DNA from: Sphyrna mokarran
Taxonomy: Eukaryota
Length of the DNA: 64,000 nucleotides
Assembly (NCBI GenBank): GCA_024679065.1
Contig: JAGIQG010000017.1
Coordinates: 28,458,001-28,522,000 of the forward strand
Direction of reading: 5' to 3'
Notes under the pieces: model-generated
What the model saw: only the letters and a program-made list of their open reading frames with translations
Told to the model about the DNA's origin: nothing
Database searches by the model: none
Shown here: piece after piece, positions 27,510 through 41,088 of the stretch
Position numbering within the stretch: the stretch's first letter is position 1
Layout of the letters: every line of letters starts with the position of its first letter
Program-made: the position numbers and the translations under genes

Positions 27510-29050
27510 TTTATTCTCATTCTATTCATGTATTTGTCAGTCACTATTGGATCTGCTTCTACCTCCTTCCCCGGCAACAAGTTCCAGGCACTCACCACTG
27601 TCTGTGTACAAACCTTTAAACCTTGCCACTCATACCTTAGAACTGTGTCCTTAGAAACTGAACCTTCCATCCTGACTATCTACTCTGTCCATGTCTCTCA
27701 TAATTTCTTCTATGCTTCAGGGACTTTATTCCCTGAAGCATAGAAGAATGAGGGGAGATTTGATAGAGGTATATAAGATTTTTATGGGTATAGATAGAGT
27801 GAATACAAGCAGGATTTTTCCACTGAGGCTAGGGGAGAAAAAAAAAGCAGAGGGCATGGGTTAGGGGTGAAAGGAGAAAAATTTAAAGGGAATATTGTGG
27901 GGGAGGGGTGGGGAGGCTTCTTCACGCAGAGTGGAGGGAGTATGGAATGAGCTGCCAAATAAAATGGTAACTGCGGGGTTACTTTTAACATTTAAGAAAA
28001 ACTTGGATGGGTTCATGGATGAGAGGGCTATGGTCCATGTGCAGGTCAGTGCGACTAGGCAAAAAATGGTTTGGCGCAGACAAGAATGACCAAAAGGCCT
28101 GTTTCTGAGCTGTAATTTTCTATGGTTTCACAAAACCATGTTGCTTCTCACTAATACGTTGACTTATTTCCAAGTGGGAATAAATCCTGTGTTGAAGAAT
28201 CCTCTTCAATAATTTGCCTTTCACTGATGTAATTACCTGAATTATTCTTGCTATCCTTCTTAAAGAAAGAAACAACATTACTACTCTCCTACTGAAACAT
28301 CGATCAGCTGCCCAGGCTCATTCCCCAATAAAAGGCCCAATATGACCACTTCTATAGTTGGATTATCTACATACTGTTTCAAGAAGCCCTTCTGGGTGCT
28401 CGTTACAAACTCTGTCCCATCCACACCCCTAGCACTGAGTCCCAGTCAATACAGGGAAAGTTAAAATCTCCTACCACAACCCTGTTACTTTTACACATTA
28501 CCAAAATTTGCCTACATATTTGTTCCTCTATCTCCCACTAGCAATTGGATGTCCTACAATAAATCTCCAACATTGTGACTACACCCTTCCTAATTCCTGA
28601 GCTCTACCCATATTGCCTCACTGTCTGAGCCATCCAAGGTGTCCTTCCGCAGTACAGATGTGATATTCTCCTTAACCAGTAGAGCAAATTCCCTCTCTAT
28701 CCCACCTGAAACATCTGTATTCTGGAACGTCACGCTGCCAATTCTATCCTCCCCCTAACCAAATCTCTGTAGTGGCAACAACATCATAGTTCCTTGTGCT
28801 AATCCAAGCTTTAAGCTCATCTGCCTTATCTGTACACTTCCCGCATTGAAACAAATGCATTTCAATTCACCAGACCCGCTTTGATTAGCAACCCCACTCT
28901 GCCTGCTATTTCTCTGAGTCTTATTGGCCCTGTACTCCGGTTCCCCTTCAGCTAATTCAGCTTTGCTTTGATTCCCACTCCCCTGTCAAATTAATTTAAA
29001 TCCTCCTGTGTGACACTAGCAAACCTCCCAGCCAGAATATTTATGCCCTT
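27510..29050. mobile_element. Cluster of CR1 fragments (minus ~27510-27704; plus ~27724-28128; minus ~28135-29050)
   Basis: Plus copy encodes RRMRGDLIEVYK and RVEGVWNELP and ends in ttctatggtt. The minus pieces resemble CR1 3' and endonuclease regions. Confidence 0.75.
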
Positions 29051-29519
29051 GAATACTTGGAACATTTATCTCATACTGTGTGGTATCATTGTGACTTTCT
29101 GTAATTTAGGTGGTAATTTTCAACAATATAAGTGAATGAATGCAGCAAGTGGAGGAAAAATAAAATAGAAACAATGATTCTTGCTCTGTGTTTTTGGTGA
29201 GACCTCCACCTTTATCCTCAACCGCTCCTCCAATGTTCTTCAGCTTAACCATGACAAGCATTGACAGTTCACGTGAAGAGGCATTTAAAGAATGGGGAAA
29301 CTTGCTCCATGCTGTAACCATTTCCTCTATGACCAGCACAACATAATTAGTCTTTTAAGTAGCATCCGCAGCCTTTTTAGAGCTGATACTGCATGCTATA
29401 ACTCTGTCCTTCGATGTTAGTGAGCTCCTGCCTCAGGCTCGTTTCAGATGTGGTGTTGGGAAATGACATGAGGTCTAGCAGAATTGTCAATGTTGAGATC
29501 CTGTGTCGTGGTGTCAATT

Positions 29520-29800
29520 GTGGTTCAGGGCTATTACTTTCATTTCTGTCTGGACTATGCGGGCCAAGTTTCACTCCAGATCGGACCTGAGTACATATCT
29601 AGGCCAATGGTTTAGTACTGTATTGAGGAAGTGCTGCACTGTTCCACTACTGTCTTTTCGATGAGACATTAAATCAAGGTTTCATCTGCCCCTTTTAGGT
29701 GAAAATAAAAGATCCCATGGCACTATTTTGATGAAGATCGAGGAAATCCTTTGTGTCCTGACCAATACTCACTCCTCAGGCAACATACTAAAAATAAAAA
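29520..29800 (+). mobile_element. Deu-domain SINE
   Basis: gaggaagtgctgcactg...gatgagacattaaa...aaaagatcccatggcactattt...tgtcctgaccaata matches the DeuSINE core as I recall it. Confidence 0.85.
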
Positions 29801-30289
29801 ATAACTCATCAGGCCAGGGAGCATCTGTGGAGAGAGAAAAATGTTAATGGGCTTTCTGGCTCCTCAGCATTGTATTTGGGGGATGCCCCAAAGATGTGCT
29901 AAGGAATCCCTCTTGGAAGTTCCCATGTAAGTGTTTACTGGGTAATTGTCCAGAAGGGTTAACTCCTCTAGACTGCATCTGACAAAGTGAGTTAAATCAC
30001 TAACATTGGATGATTCTGCCAGTTTCACATGCAGAGTTGCTCCGTTAGAAGGAAAAAAATGCACTTCTAACTTCAGAGTAACTATTTTAAACACCCAAAC
30101 TTAGCCCTGCATGGAATACCCCTGAACCTCTCTATACGAACCCCACTAAGGAAGTATCTATTTCTCACCAGTCTGGGATTGCTTCTCCACCCCTCCTCCT
30201 CCCTCCCCCAGCTGATCTGACTGGGTCTGACCCCACACTTGACTGACAATCCCACCCATCCCAATACCTGAATGACACCCCTACAACCC

Positions 30290-30880
30290 ACCCCAGGACC
30301 TCAGCATAAAATTCAAGGCTGAGACTCCAGTGCAGTACTGAGGAAGTACTGGATACAAATAATTGTGTGATACAATTTTGAAAAAGAGCTGGAAAATCAT
30401 TCCTGGTGTCCTACCAATTTTATTCTCTCAATTAACATCACAAAACTAGATTATCTGGCCATTATTGTATAACTTCTTGTGGGACCTTACTGTGTGTACC
30501 TTGGCCACTGTGCTTTCTACTTTACATGTGGAGATGCTGATGTTGGACTGGGTAAACATGGTAAGAAGTCTCACAACACCAGGTTAAAATACAACAGGTT
30601 TATTTGGTACCAAAAACCACTAGCTTTTGGAGAGCTGCTCCTTACCTGATGAAGGTAAGGTAGCTCCTTACCTGATGAAGATAAGGAGCAGTGCTTCAAA
30701 AGCTAGTGGTTTTTGCTACCAAATAAACCTGTTGTACTTTAACCTGGTATTGTGAGACTTCTTACAGTCTTTCTACTTTACTACAGTGACTGCACTTTAA
30801 AAGTACTTCATTCACAGTAAAACAATTTGGGATGTCCTGTGATCATGAAAGACATTATATAAATGCATATCACCTTCTTC
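30290..30880 (+). mobile_element. Deu-domain SINE interrupted by the palindromic element
   Basis: ctccagtgcagtactgagg...gattatctggccatt... resumes after 30781 with acagtgactgcactttaaaagtacttca...tatataaatgca. Confidence 0.8.
30526..30768. mobile_element. Palindromic Penelope-derived short element, copy 1
   Basis: ~84-bp inverted arms (30561-30644 and 30682-30765). 13-bp TSD ctttctactttac at 30513-30525 and 30769-30781. Central CTGATGA motifs. Confidence 0.85.
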
Positions 30881-33779
30881 TTTTTCCTTCTTCTATTTTA
30901 TTTCAAATATCAAGCATTTGCAGTATTTTGCTTTTGTAATACTAAATGAATTCTGATCATTATCTTTTGTAGCACTCAATGTGCTCTGATTTGTTGCTGT
31001 CTTTCTGACATTACACTTCAAAAAATACTTCAATGACTAAAGTTCCAATGTACTTCATTGGCAATAAAGCAGTTTGGGGTGACTAGCAGTCATGAAGATA
31101 TTATATAACTATTCATTTTTCCTTCCTTCTGCTTAAATGCTGCAGCAGAAAAGTCTCCTATAATACTGGCGCTACACTGCTTTTGTTATTGTATTAACCA
31201 ACCGGTTAAAACAATATCAAAATATGTTATCCATGTCACAATGTTAAAAACATTCTGCTGACAGGAAAGAGCCAGGATGAATTGTTTTAATATTTTTTAC
31301 TGTTTAATATTAACCGGGAACAATGCTGATTCCAGAACACACTATTGAATTCCAATCAAGAATCAGGTAAGAATGACAACTGAATCAAGTTTGTAAAAAA
31401 TTACAAGTAACACTTTGAATTCAAATCAATAACTCAAGAACAGTCTCCCATCATAAAATCAGTTGATGATTTTCTCATCCAAATTTTATTTCTGAGATTG
31501 TAATTCCGTTGCGGCTGCTTCTAAACATGATTCTGAACTTTAAAATGATGAGAACCAATGTATATGCAAGAGATTAATTCAACTGAGATTATAACTGCAA
31601 AGGTTTTTTTTGCAATTGTGTAGCTCTGTGTCTGGGCATTTCTTTTCCAGGCCTATGTATTAGGAAATATCAATACTTCCTTAAGGACACAGATTCACCA
31701 TACAGAATTGCTTCTAATTCAGCAGTGATTTGCACTAAATTGGCCATTTCATTTGGAGAGGACAATCTGTTGTGGAAAATGCCACATTGACATTTCCTTG
31801 AAATGCATTCACTATTGAGGTGCTCCTACATTTGGTTTGGATTATATGATTGAACAGAAATCACTTTGCAAATTTTAATTTTTGTACACCTGGCCTGGGA
31901 GTGCTTGTTCCACAACTGGATGCTGCATGAAATGATTTCTAACACCCAGCACTAATGTACACAAAGTCACAAATAAATGCTAAATAGACAACTGAAGTTT
32001 CATGAAAATTTATGTATTTTGTATTTTCTGTACTTTTAAGTATAAATTGCCATACTATTTGAAATATTAGGAATACATTCAACAGTTAGAACACGTGATA
32101 GTGTGTAGCGTGTTCATCCATTGCCTGTCACGCTTCAGTTGATTGGAAGGCTATTCTGATAGATGCCATATTGCTTAGAAAGAATTACACTGCATTTTCA
32201 CTTAATTCAATGAATCAATTAATTGCTTCACTTTAGTGCAAACAAACCAGAAATTCTAACTGCACGGCTGTTAAACAGGGAGCAGACCGCATAGCTGCTT
32301 TTAGATTCAACATTTACATGTAATTATCTTCTTATATAATTAACTGCGCTCAGTTAATAAGCATCTTGCAAATGACAGCCTTGCTTTATAAATTAATGCT
32401 CAATTGCTCAGAACACTGAGTGAATAATTACCATTCAGTATATCTCCATTAATGGCAGTGATCTAAAATCATGAGTATTGAGAGGGGAAACAATAAGAGT
32501 GTTTGGAAACACTGCTGTGCAGTTTCATGCTTAGATCAAATAAAATGAATGAAGTGAGCATCCTTTAAACATATGTTACTTTGATAAAAGTATTTAAAAA
32601 TCAAATACTAAAACATCATTATTAATCCAGTAATTTACCACAGGCGATCCTTAATAGAGGCACCTGCTTTTTCTGAAGCAATTTCTCTTTACAATATAAT
32701 GACGCATCTTTTGAAGATAGTACAGCTGAATTAATTTCTTAAATTAATAAATGAACTGCAATTCTATTCTAGAACTAAGGCTGAAATACAAAAAAGAGAA
32801 GATGTTATATGGTTATATATTTTTTTCTAATGTCTTTGTCATAAAGTCAGAAGGTTTTCTTCATTATGCAGATTGTTGCTATGGAGACTACACAGATATT
32901 TGAGTAACAACAACATCTCAACAGTTCCAATAGCTGTCTTGACAATGTTCTTATCATTTACTAATCAAGATGAATTAATTCAAAAAAACTTTTATAGTCA
33001 CAGTTTGTCAATGAACTGCCAGTTACTTTTTATTATTTATACAGCCACTAATGAGAAAAAGCTCATCTGCAGGTGGTATAGTATGAAGTGCATGCTGTAG
33101 ATTTCTAAACTCAGCAAGAAATCATGAAAACACATATAATTTAGTTTATTTTTCATCTCTCTCGAGTTGAATTTTATCAGTGCTTTGGTGAGGTGCTGGG
33201 AGGTGGGAAGGCTGGTAAATTGACGTAGGAAGTTGTTGGGATGTGCCCAATATTATGTCACTTTGCTAGCACTAGGATAAGTGGCAGATTGGCTGCTTCC
33301 CAGAGCATGACTGAGCCATTTAAATGACCAATTAAGAATTACCTCCTGCCTCCAAAGACATTTTACCTTTGTCGGGCAGGTGGCTACCGCTGTATGGGGA
33401 GAGAAATCTGCAGAGAAATCTGGCAGCCTTCAATGGTCTCTGAGCACTGCCTGCTCCTCATGACTCCCTTACCCTCCCTCTCCTCATAACTGCAGACTTA
33501 GTAATAGTCACTATTAATGGTAGTGCTACTAATCTGCCAGTCCTCTGATCAGCTCAAGGACATGGGGTGTCATCTTTAATAAAGACGGCAGACTTGTGGG
33601 AGCCAGTTAATTAGCTATTAATTAGCTATTTCCGGGAAGATGCCCCCTTGGTCCTGCTGCCAGCCGAATTACAGCAGGATCTCTACAGCTGTGGCTATGG
33701 TGTGTAAATACTAATAGAAAAATATTATGCAATTTGAGAGTTGAACATTTTAAGAATAACTTGGGTTCCACATCAAAAG

Positions 33780-34330
33780 CACAGTGTCAGTTTTCACGTG
33801 TATGCTGATGACATCACAGCTCTAACTCTCTATTACCTTTCTTTGGCCCCTTCGAAGCATCTAAATTGTCAGATTGTTTGCCTGATATGTAGTGCTGGAT
33901 AAGCAAGAACTTCTTCTAATTAAGTATTGGGAAGACCAAAGCCATTGTCTTTGGTCCCCACCACAAACTCCATTCTCTAGCCATCAACTTCATGCACCTC
34001 CCTGACAGTTTGCAACCTTGGTGTTTATTTAGTTTCCAGCAATATATCTATGTCATCATTAAAGCCACCTTTTCCCACCTCCACAATGTTTCCAACTTCA
34101 TGCCTACATCATCTCAAACACATAAAAATCATTATCTATGTTTTTGTTACCTCTAACTTGTGTTTTCCAATACATACTCAATTATCTGTGAACTTGAGGT
34201 CATCCAAAACTCTGCTGCCCATGTCCAAACTCGCACTAGATCTAATTTACTCTTTAGTCCTCTGCTTGCTGATCAAAATTAGTCCTGATTAAGCAACACA
34301 TTGATTTTAAAATTCTCATCCACATCTTAA
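33780..34330 (+). mobile_element. L2-like LINE RT fragment, decayed
   Basis: gtcagttttcacgtgtatgctgatgac = VSFHVYADD, followed by WISKNFF*LSIGKTKAIVFG (L2-type NFLxLNxxKT). Confidence 0.75.
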
Positions 34331-36063
34331 TCTCTATAAATTTGAGGTCATCCTAACCTCTGTTTCCTGTGGCATAATTTCATGCTATCAGGTTTGTTGG
34401 CAGCATTCTACCTCTGGATTATTATAGCAGAGGTGGGATTGTGGACAGAGGATCATCTGCCCACAAATAGTGGGTAGTCAATTTAATTGATTAAAGTAAA
34501 TTATCAGAGGCTGCAGCGCTGGGAACAGGCTGGTGGCAGATCGGGAGATGTGCATAGCAGGCAGGCTTTGAGGCATTCTCACCTACCAGGCCATCCTGTG
34601 GGAGGATTCTTCCTTCACAATGATGACCCATCAGCTTTGGCCATCCTTTCATTGAAAATTGTATAAAATGCTGAAAGGGTGCATTTTTTTTTCCTTAGCT
34701 GCAAAGCAAGCTGTGGCACCTCTGGTACTGAATGGTCTCCTTTTTGCCTTCGAGCTTCAAAAGCTCTTTGTCCCCACTTGGATGATGAGCACAACTTCTA
34801 ATCATGGACTGACAAATTCAGGGAAAATCACTGCTGGATGACAGCTCACAAATCTGCAGAGAGTTGGGACCCAAATCTGATCCCAATGTCAGGGTTACAA
34901 TCCAAAAGGCAAAATTTTGTCCACTATTTTTTCCATTCTAAATAACACTATATTTTATATATTCATTTATACACATGTGATCTATTCAAACCAGGCCCTT
35001 GGCTCATTATCTGCTGATGTTTCACCTTGAGCCACTTTCTTAGCAGTTTTTGTCAGTGGTAGTTGGTCATTGCCTCCACTATCATGGGCAGGATGAGCAA
35101 GTAGGTCTCAAGTCTACCTCTGCTGGAACGGGAACTGAACCCACACCACTGACTTTGTCAGAACTGCCATCTAGCAAACTGGTCCCCAAATCACCCATAT
35201 ACTTGAGGTGATTGAATAAATTAGATTTTTTTTTAAATGTAAGAAGTCAAGTTAAGAATAGTGAATTCCTGAGAAGTATTTCATGTAACAGTTCTTTCTT
35301 CACATGAACTGAGCAAATTATTCATCATACAAAGTGCTTGAATAACTGGTCAAAATAGTTAAAAATTAGGACAAAGGATAATTAACAGCTTTGTGAGATA
35401 AGTTACCAGGGTGAAAAAAAAAGTGGAAGCAATCAGTACTTTCACTACCACTGGCCGAGAGTGGTCAATTGGCACAGAGAAGTGTAAATTCTCCTGCAGG
35501 AGATTGCACGGGTCTGTTATTGTTTGCTTGGAGAGACTGATCCACCTTACATATTGCTATAAGTGAATTCCTCATAACAATTCTGGGTTTATAAACCATA
35601 CATGGGGAACAGAATCACATATTCTGAAATTAATTCAGCATGCACTGCATTTATTTAAGTTTTATGAATAAAAGGACTTTTTATTTAAACTCAGCTCAGC
35701 GTATGATATGAAAACTTGCCTATAAACCTATGTTATGGTTAGTTCTGATTTCATTAATTTGTATTCCAGTTTCTACAAACAATGTTTTATATTGATGTAG
35801 CTCAATTTGAATGAAGATTCTGTTATTTTGTAAAGATACAGCATAGTGCATTAACTACAAGTTAGATAAGATGGATAGTTCTTGTGCATCAGTTATTTTG
35901 GAAGTACGTCAGCATTTAATTATACGGCCTTCTTTGTTTTATTAAATACTATTAATTTAATCCTGTGAGGGAAAACGCCAACTCTGATAGGTAAATTTTA
36001 ATTTTGAATTTGGTGAAACAAAGCAGAGAGGAAAGAGTTGAACAGCTTTTAAAATTTGATCAC

Positions 36064-36079
36064 AGCACCACCTGCTGGT
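36064..36079 (-). promoter_or_regulatory. Candidate CTCF binding site
   Basis: Minus strand ACCAGCAGGTGGTGCT fits the CTCF core CCASYAGRKGGCRS with one mismatch, in apparently non-repetitive DNA. Confidence 0.4.
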
Positions 36080-37229
36080 TCTGCATTACTTTCCATGGGA
36101 ATCAAATGATTTTTACATTTAGAAGTACTGGACTTTACAAAACAAAGTTGGATCACAGCTTCTAAAATGTTACGGATTTCAAAAAAACTATATATTTTAA
36201 ATTAAGGCTTCTCATAAGAAAATCTGTTTAAAATATACCCTCATTGAAGGAAATGTGCTGTGACAAAATGTTTCATAGCAGCATAGATAGAAATAAACTA
36301 TCATTCCGACTTTTAGGACTGGATTTTCACAGAGTCAAGAAGATTCCATGGACCTCTAAAATGGTGGGAAGGGCTTCAATGCAGAAGTCCTGACCCAATT
36401 CCAACTGATCCAATCTTTTGCTAGTAGTACATGGAGTAGGGCTTGCTTCATACAAGCCAGCAAATCAAACTCAACAATAAACATTTGAAATTAGTACCAA
36501 GTTCAAACAGAATCCATTTTGACTGTTGCAACAGCTTCAACCCACATTGTGGGAGTCACAAATTTGTGGAGTAGACATAAACACTCTTAGGCAGACAAAA
36601 TCAGTATAACTGTAATGATCTGAAATATTTATAGATTAAGAGAAACCAGAGTGTACGATCTGAAGATTTTTAAATCTTCCACTCCTTGAACTTGAAAAAT
36701 CCAGTTGCAGCTTTCAGTGCAAGTTTTAAAAAAAGCTCATTTGCTGCAGGTTGGAAAAGAAACAGCAGTATCTAGTCATGCAATTTCAATATAGTTCTCT
36801 GTTGACATTTCCCAAATGATGTTATGTCATTATGAATGCTTGGCTGTTGAAATGCTACAATTATCTCAGCAGGGCTTCTGAGTTCACTATTTGCTTAACA
36901 GTTTAAAAAAAACATTAAAGGGTTAACTGTCTATGATGTGGGGGTCTGAATACAAGTTTTATTTGATAAAAAAGCTAATAGACAGGATTTTATAGCCTCA
37001 TTTGACCAAAGATCGGAAAATCATGGTCAAAGTCAACAGACCTTCCCATTGTCTGACTCGTGCTCGCTCCGATTCCCAGAGCGGATGGGATGTTAGAATT
37101 CTGGTGAACTACTCGAGACTTAAAAGCTTTGAATGATTTTTTAATGAATGGGAGTTTTTCATCATCTGGTCTGTAGAAGTGAGAACTTTATTAGGTTGTT
37201 ATAAGTTTATTCTTTTTTCATCTCCACAT

Positions 37230-37780
37230 TGATCCATAATGGGAAGACTGCAGGAGAATGGATAAGTGGTAATTGAGTTGACATGTGTGTATGAGGGGCC
37301 ATAGAAGATAGGCCATGGGTACATCCTAATAGGACAAATCTTGACTGTGGAAGGTCTCTCAAAGGCAGAGATCCAAAGTTTATTGGCACCCACCAAATAG
37401 CCTCATTGGCTTGGTACATCTACAGGATGGAAGACGGATATATTCCAAGGGTATTTTGTGTGCCAATGCCCTTGTACGATGACTAGTTGGATTCCCAAAA
37501 CTCCAGGAATGCTTGTAAAGTGTGATTGAAGGTCCTAAATATTGATTATCCCACTAGGGTGGCACTAGCTGATGACAGAGGAAAATGGGTGATACCTCCA
37601 ATGGGTTGGTACGTATCACCATAATCATCAGTGGCAAACAATACTTGGAGATTCATGTATGGCACTTGTGACAGAATCTGCATTTGCTGCATGTCCATCA
37701 TCTTTTGTCAATGGGAGGATGCCAGAACAGGTGTATGGGTGGAATGCATGAGTTGGCATTGAATTCTCATGGAGGGAATA
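37230..37780 (+). mobile_element. RTE-clade LINE C-terminal fragment, decayed
   Basis: DK...VEGLSKAEIQSL...HWLG-IYRMEDGYIP resembles RTE WxDKIxNxEVL...LRWLGHxxRMEDxRIPK. Confidence 0.65.
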
Positions 37781-39684
37781 AGAGGCTATGGGAAAGTGGA
37801 TGAGGAAGACACGTGGAGTGAGGATCAGCAAGACTTAACTGCTTCTGAAACAATGGGATGAACTCCCAGATTGGTTGAGTCTTCGAACCAATCAGCCTCA
37901 GCATTTGTCTCCATTGCTGCTTATGCTCAGTGGACCCAACTCCTTCCTGCAACCCTCCTCACTGGAGCAAAATCGTGTGATTTGGAATACCTTTTATGAG
38001 GCACGTCGGGCAAATTGTGAAATTTCTCAACTTAAGCCACCACTTTAGTATCAAAACCTATACCTCAGTCTCATGTCATGTGATCCATGCATGGATGCAA
38101 GTTGGAAGCCAGGAAGGTGGTAGAATAGTGATGGAAAGCATGTGTATGTGAACAATGCACTTGCATGGATTCATCCGTGTCAAGGAAAAAAAAGAGGTAA
38201 ATATATTTGTTTACAAGAATGGAATATGAGATGGAAAATCGAGAGCACAAAACTAGGCCAGAAGCAATTAAGTACTACCAAAATGTTGTTTTGATATATC
38301 AAAGTAAAATTCAATAGTTTGGGACCAAGATCATGACAGTGATTAAATTTTTCAGTTATGGTGGGATTTATTTCTAGCAATTGATGTGACTCTAACTTAA
38401 ACAATCATTACAACTAACTAATAGTCAATCTTAAATATGTACTATGTTGCTTAGCAGTACTTAGAAACAGACCATTTAACAGTTAATTAATCAACTGCTC
38501 AGTAATTCCCTCCCAAATGCTCTATTCAGATTTTCCTTCTTGATGGGCTTCTCATATTCTTCTACCCAATGATCTGCTCAGAATATTCAACATTCATGTT
38601 TTTGCTCGGCCTAAAACTGTAATTCTAAACAGCAACGCCTTTGATGGGGATTGAGGAACTGGTAGCTATTTACTAGTATCACAATCAGTATGCTAGTCTT
38701 GGACTGAAAACTAATGGAACAAAAATAGCATATTCAGAGGCAGCATCTTGAAGATAAGAGTTTGAGCAGCAATTCACAGCTTTCTGTCCATTACCAGCAC
38801 TAAGAAACAATGTCAAATTTTATGTTTCAAATTGCCAGTGGCACTGATTAGAGAATAAGCCAGGATAATAGGCAGAGATCCATTTTAGCAGATCCCTGTA
38901 TGTCTGTGCAGTATAGCATTTTCCATTGGCTTAATGTGCTCTTACAAGAAATTATCCCATCTAGGGTGGTCAGAAAGAGAACCACGATTTGAGATGAAGC
39001 TCTGTAACAGGCAATAGCGTTTTGATTTAAATTTCTCCACTACATTTCAGTCTTGGTTTTTTCCTTCCACTATTTTCTCAGAGATTTTATATTGTTATCT
39101 ATTCATTTATTCATTCATTCCAGAATATCTAGAGAATGTTAATGTTGCAACTAGTGCCAAATATGAGCAAAATCACTAGAAAGCAAATTGTAATTGAAAC
39201 ATTTCCAAGCCTTCAGCAGAATAGGAATGACATTAACAAGGAAGGTGCATAGCAAGGGTCTAAAAAAAAGAAAAATTTGGATTTTTCCCAATCACAGGAT
39301 GTCTCAAAGCATATTTTGTACTGCAGGAAATGCAATACCAAAGAGCAATGTAATAATGAATAGGCAACGGTCCGAATCTTCTGTGTAGTGGCATTCTTGT
39401 TCGACAGGCACTCTGCTCCTTCTTTACCACCTTAGTCAGGATCTACATTTTTTTCACCCAAACATTTCACGCAAGTCTGAAATTGTACAGTAAATCGTTC
39501 TGAAGTGCAGGGCTGCAGCAATGGGAAAAGAAGGCAGGTTCCATTTTTATTGCAATAACTGATGAAAACCAGGAAGTTTCAAGATCCAAAAACAAAAATT
39601 GCTGGAAAATCTCAGCAGGTTTTACAGCATCTCTGGGGAGAGAATAATGTCAATGTTTCAAGTCTAGATGACACTTCTAGTGGC

Positions 39685-40160
39685 CAGGGATTTGGGGTTG
39701 AGAGAAATCAGGTGGTGATGCGTGTTGGGAGGGTGCAAAGCATTGGGTGGTTTAGGGGGGGGGGGGGGGGGGTCAGGTGGTCAGTTGGGGTGTAGAGAGT
39801 GTGGGGATGTTTGGGGGCCAGGGTGGGCAGCTGAGAGGGCTGTTCAAGTGCTTGAGAGGCTGGGAGGCAAATCATGGTGTAGGGAGGTCAGGAGATGGCA
39901 GGATACTTTGGCAGTCAGGGAGGTATTTGTGGGGTGGTGGTCACTTAGAGTGTGGGGGGTCAAGTGTTCAGTGTGGGGGTTTGGGGCAGGTGGCAGGGTG
40001 GAAGGGATTGGGTCAGTTGGGAATAGAGGGTGGGTAGTCAGGGAAGTGAGGAGGCTATGTGTTAGTTGGTTGCTTCATAGGGGAATTCAGGAGGTGGGGT
40101 GAGCATTGTTTGGGATGCAGGGTGTGGTGTTGAACACTGTCTGTGGTGGGGAAGGGGCTG
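39685..40160 (+). repeat. G-rich low-complexity tract including a G18 run (39755-39772)
   Basis: Dense GGG runs on the plus strand, following a Penelope-type terminal fragment (39590-39680). Confidence 0.8.
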
Positions 40161-40508
40161 AACATTACCTAGGATTCTGGAGTGCTTTGACACTCCAACT
40201 GATTTATCTAAGATTTTCATTGGTTTCATATCTGCTATGAAAATTCACATAAAGGCCAAATTAAGTACTTAGCCTAGTACTGGATGATTTTGGGCAATCG
40301 TACAGTAATCTGTACAAGGTAAAACTGAAAATAAGAAGTTTAAACTACCTGCTTAGTTAACAACACACATAGTTACCAAGAATGCACCTATGTCAGTACC
40401 TTCAATGAATCCCGTATGTATCTTTTGGGATACCCTGGTCTCCAACTGTCTGAAGACTTGAAAATCTGGGTTAGTCTGTTTTTGTGATTGAGATAGAGAT
40501 AAAAATTG

Positions 40509-40730
40509 GCTAGAGGATTTTTTTGTGTACTGTCATGGGATCCTTTACGCCCAGTTGAGTCAGTAGCTGGGGTCTTGGTTCAACTTCACACGCACTTTCA
40601 ACATATAAATCTACCTTGGAACTGCAAGGAGCATCAGCTTTGATTTTTATGTTCAAGATGTAGTGTGGGACTAGAATCCTGAACCTTGTGAATTTGAGGT
40701 GAGAGTGGGCCAATCTGAGCCACAGCTGAC
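40509..40730 (-). mobile_element. Deu-domain SINE fragment
   Basis: tgtcatgggatccttta is the reverse complement of the Deu core; the tRNA-like head ends ctgagccacagctgac. Confidence 0.65.
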
Positions 40731-41088
40731 ATGCATGTTACAATACGAACTTTTACAGGAATTCCGACCAGCACAAGGCACACTCTGTTGCTATCATCAT
40801 AGAGAAAATACCTCTTTGGATCAGATGGCATACAGCGAACTTACCTCACAAGAACATGCTATAATTGGCAGAGAAGTTCTTTGTTGCTGTCAACTTTTCT
40901 GCCATTGCCTCCTCCCAGGCAATAAGGATCATCAGCTGCATGATGAGGTATGTCAAACAAATGACTCACAATTATAAATATAGAAGACACTTAAGGTGCT
41001 TCACAAGGAATGTTGTCAAACAAAGTTTGATACTGAACTATAGAAGGCAAAACTATGATCAGATGATCAAAAACTTGTTCAAAGATTG

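Noticed and set aside
37550-37566. CTCF-like ccactagggtggcac
   Set aside because: The spacing is off by one base and it lies inside a decayed RTE fragment.
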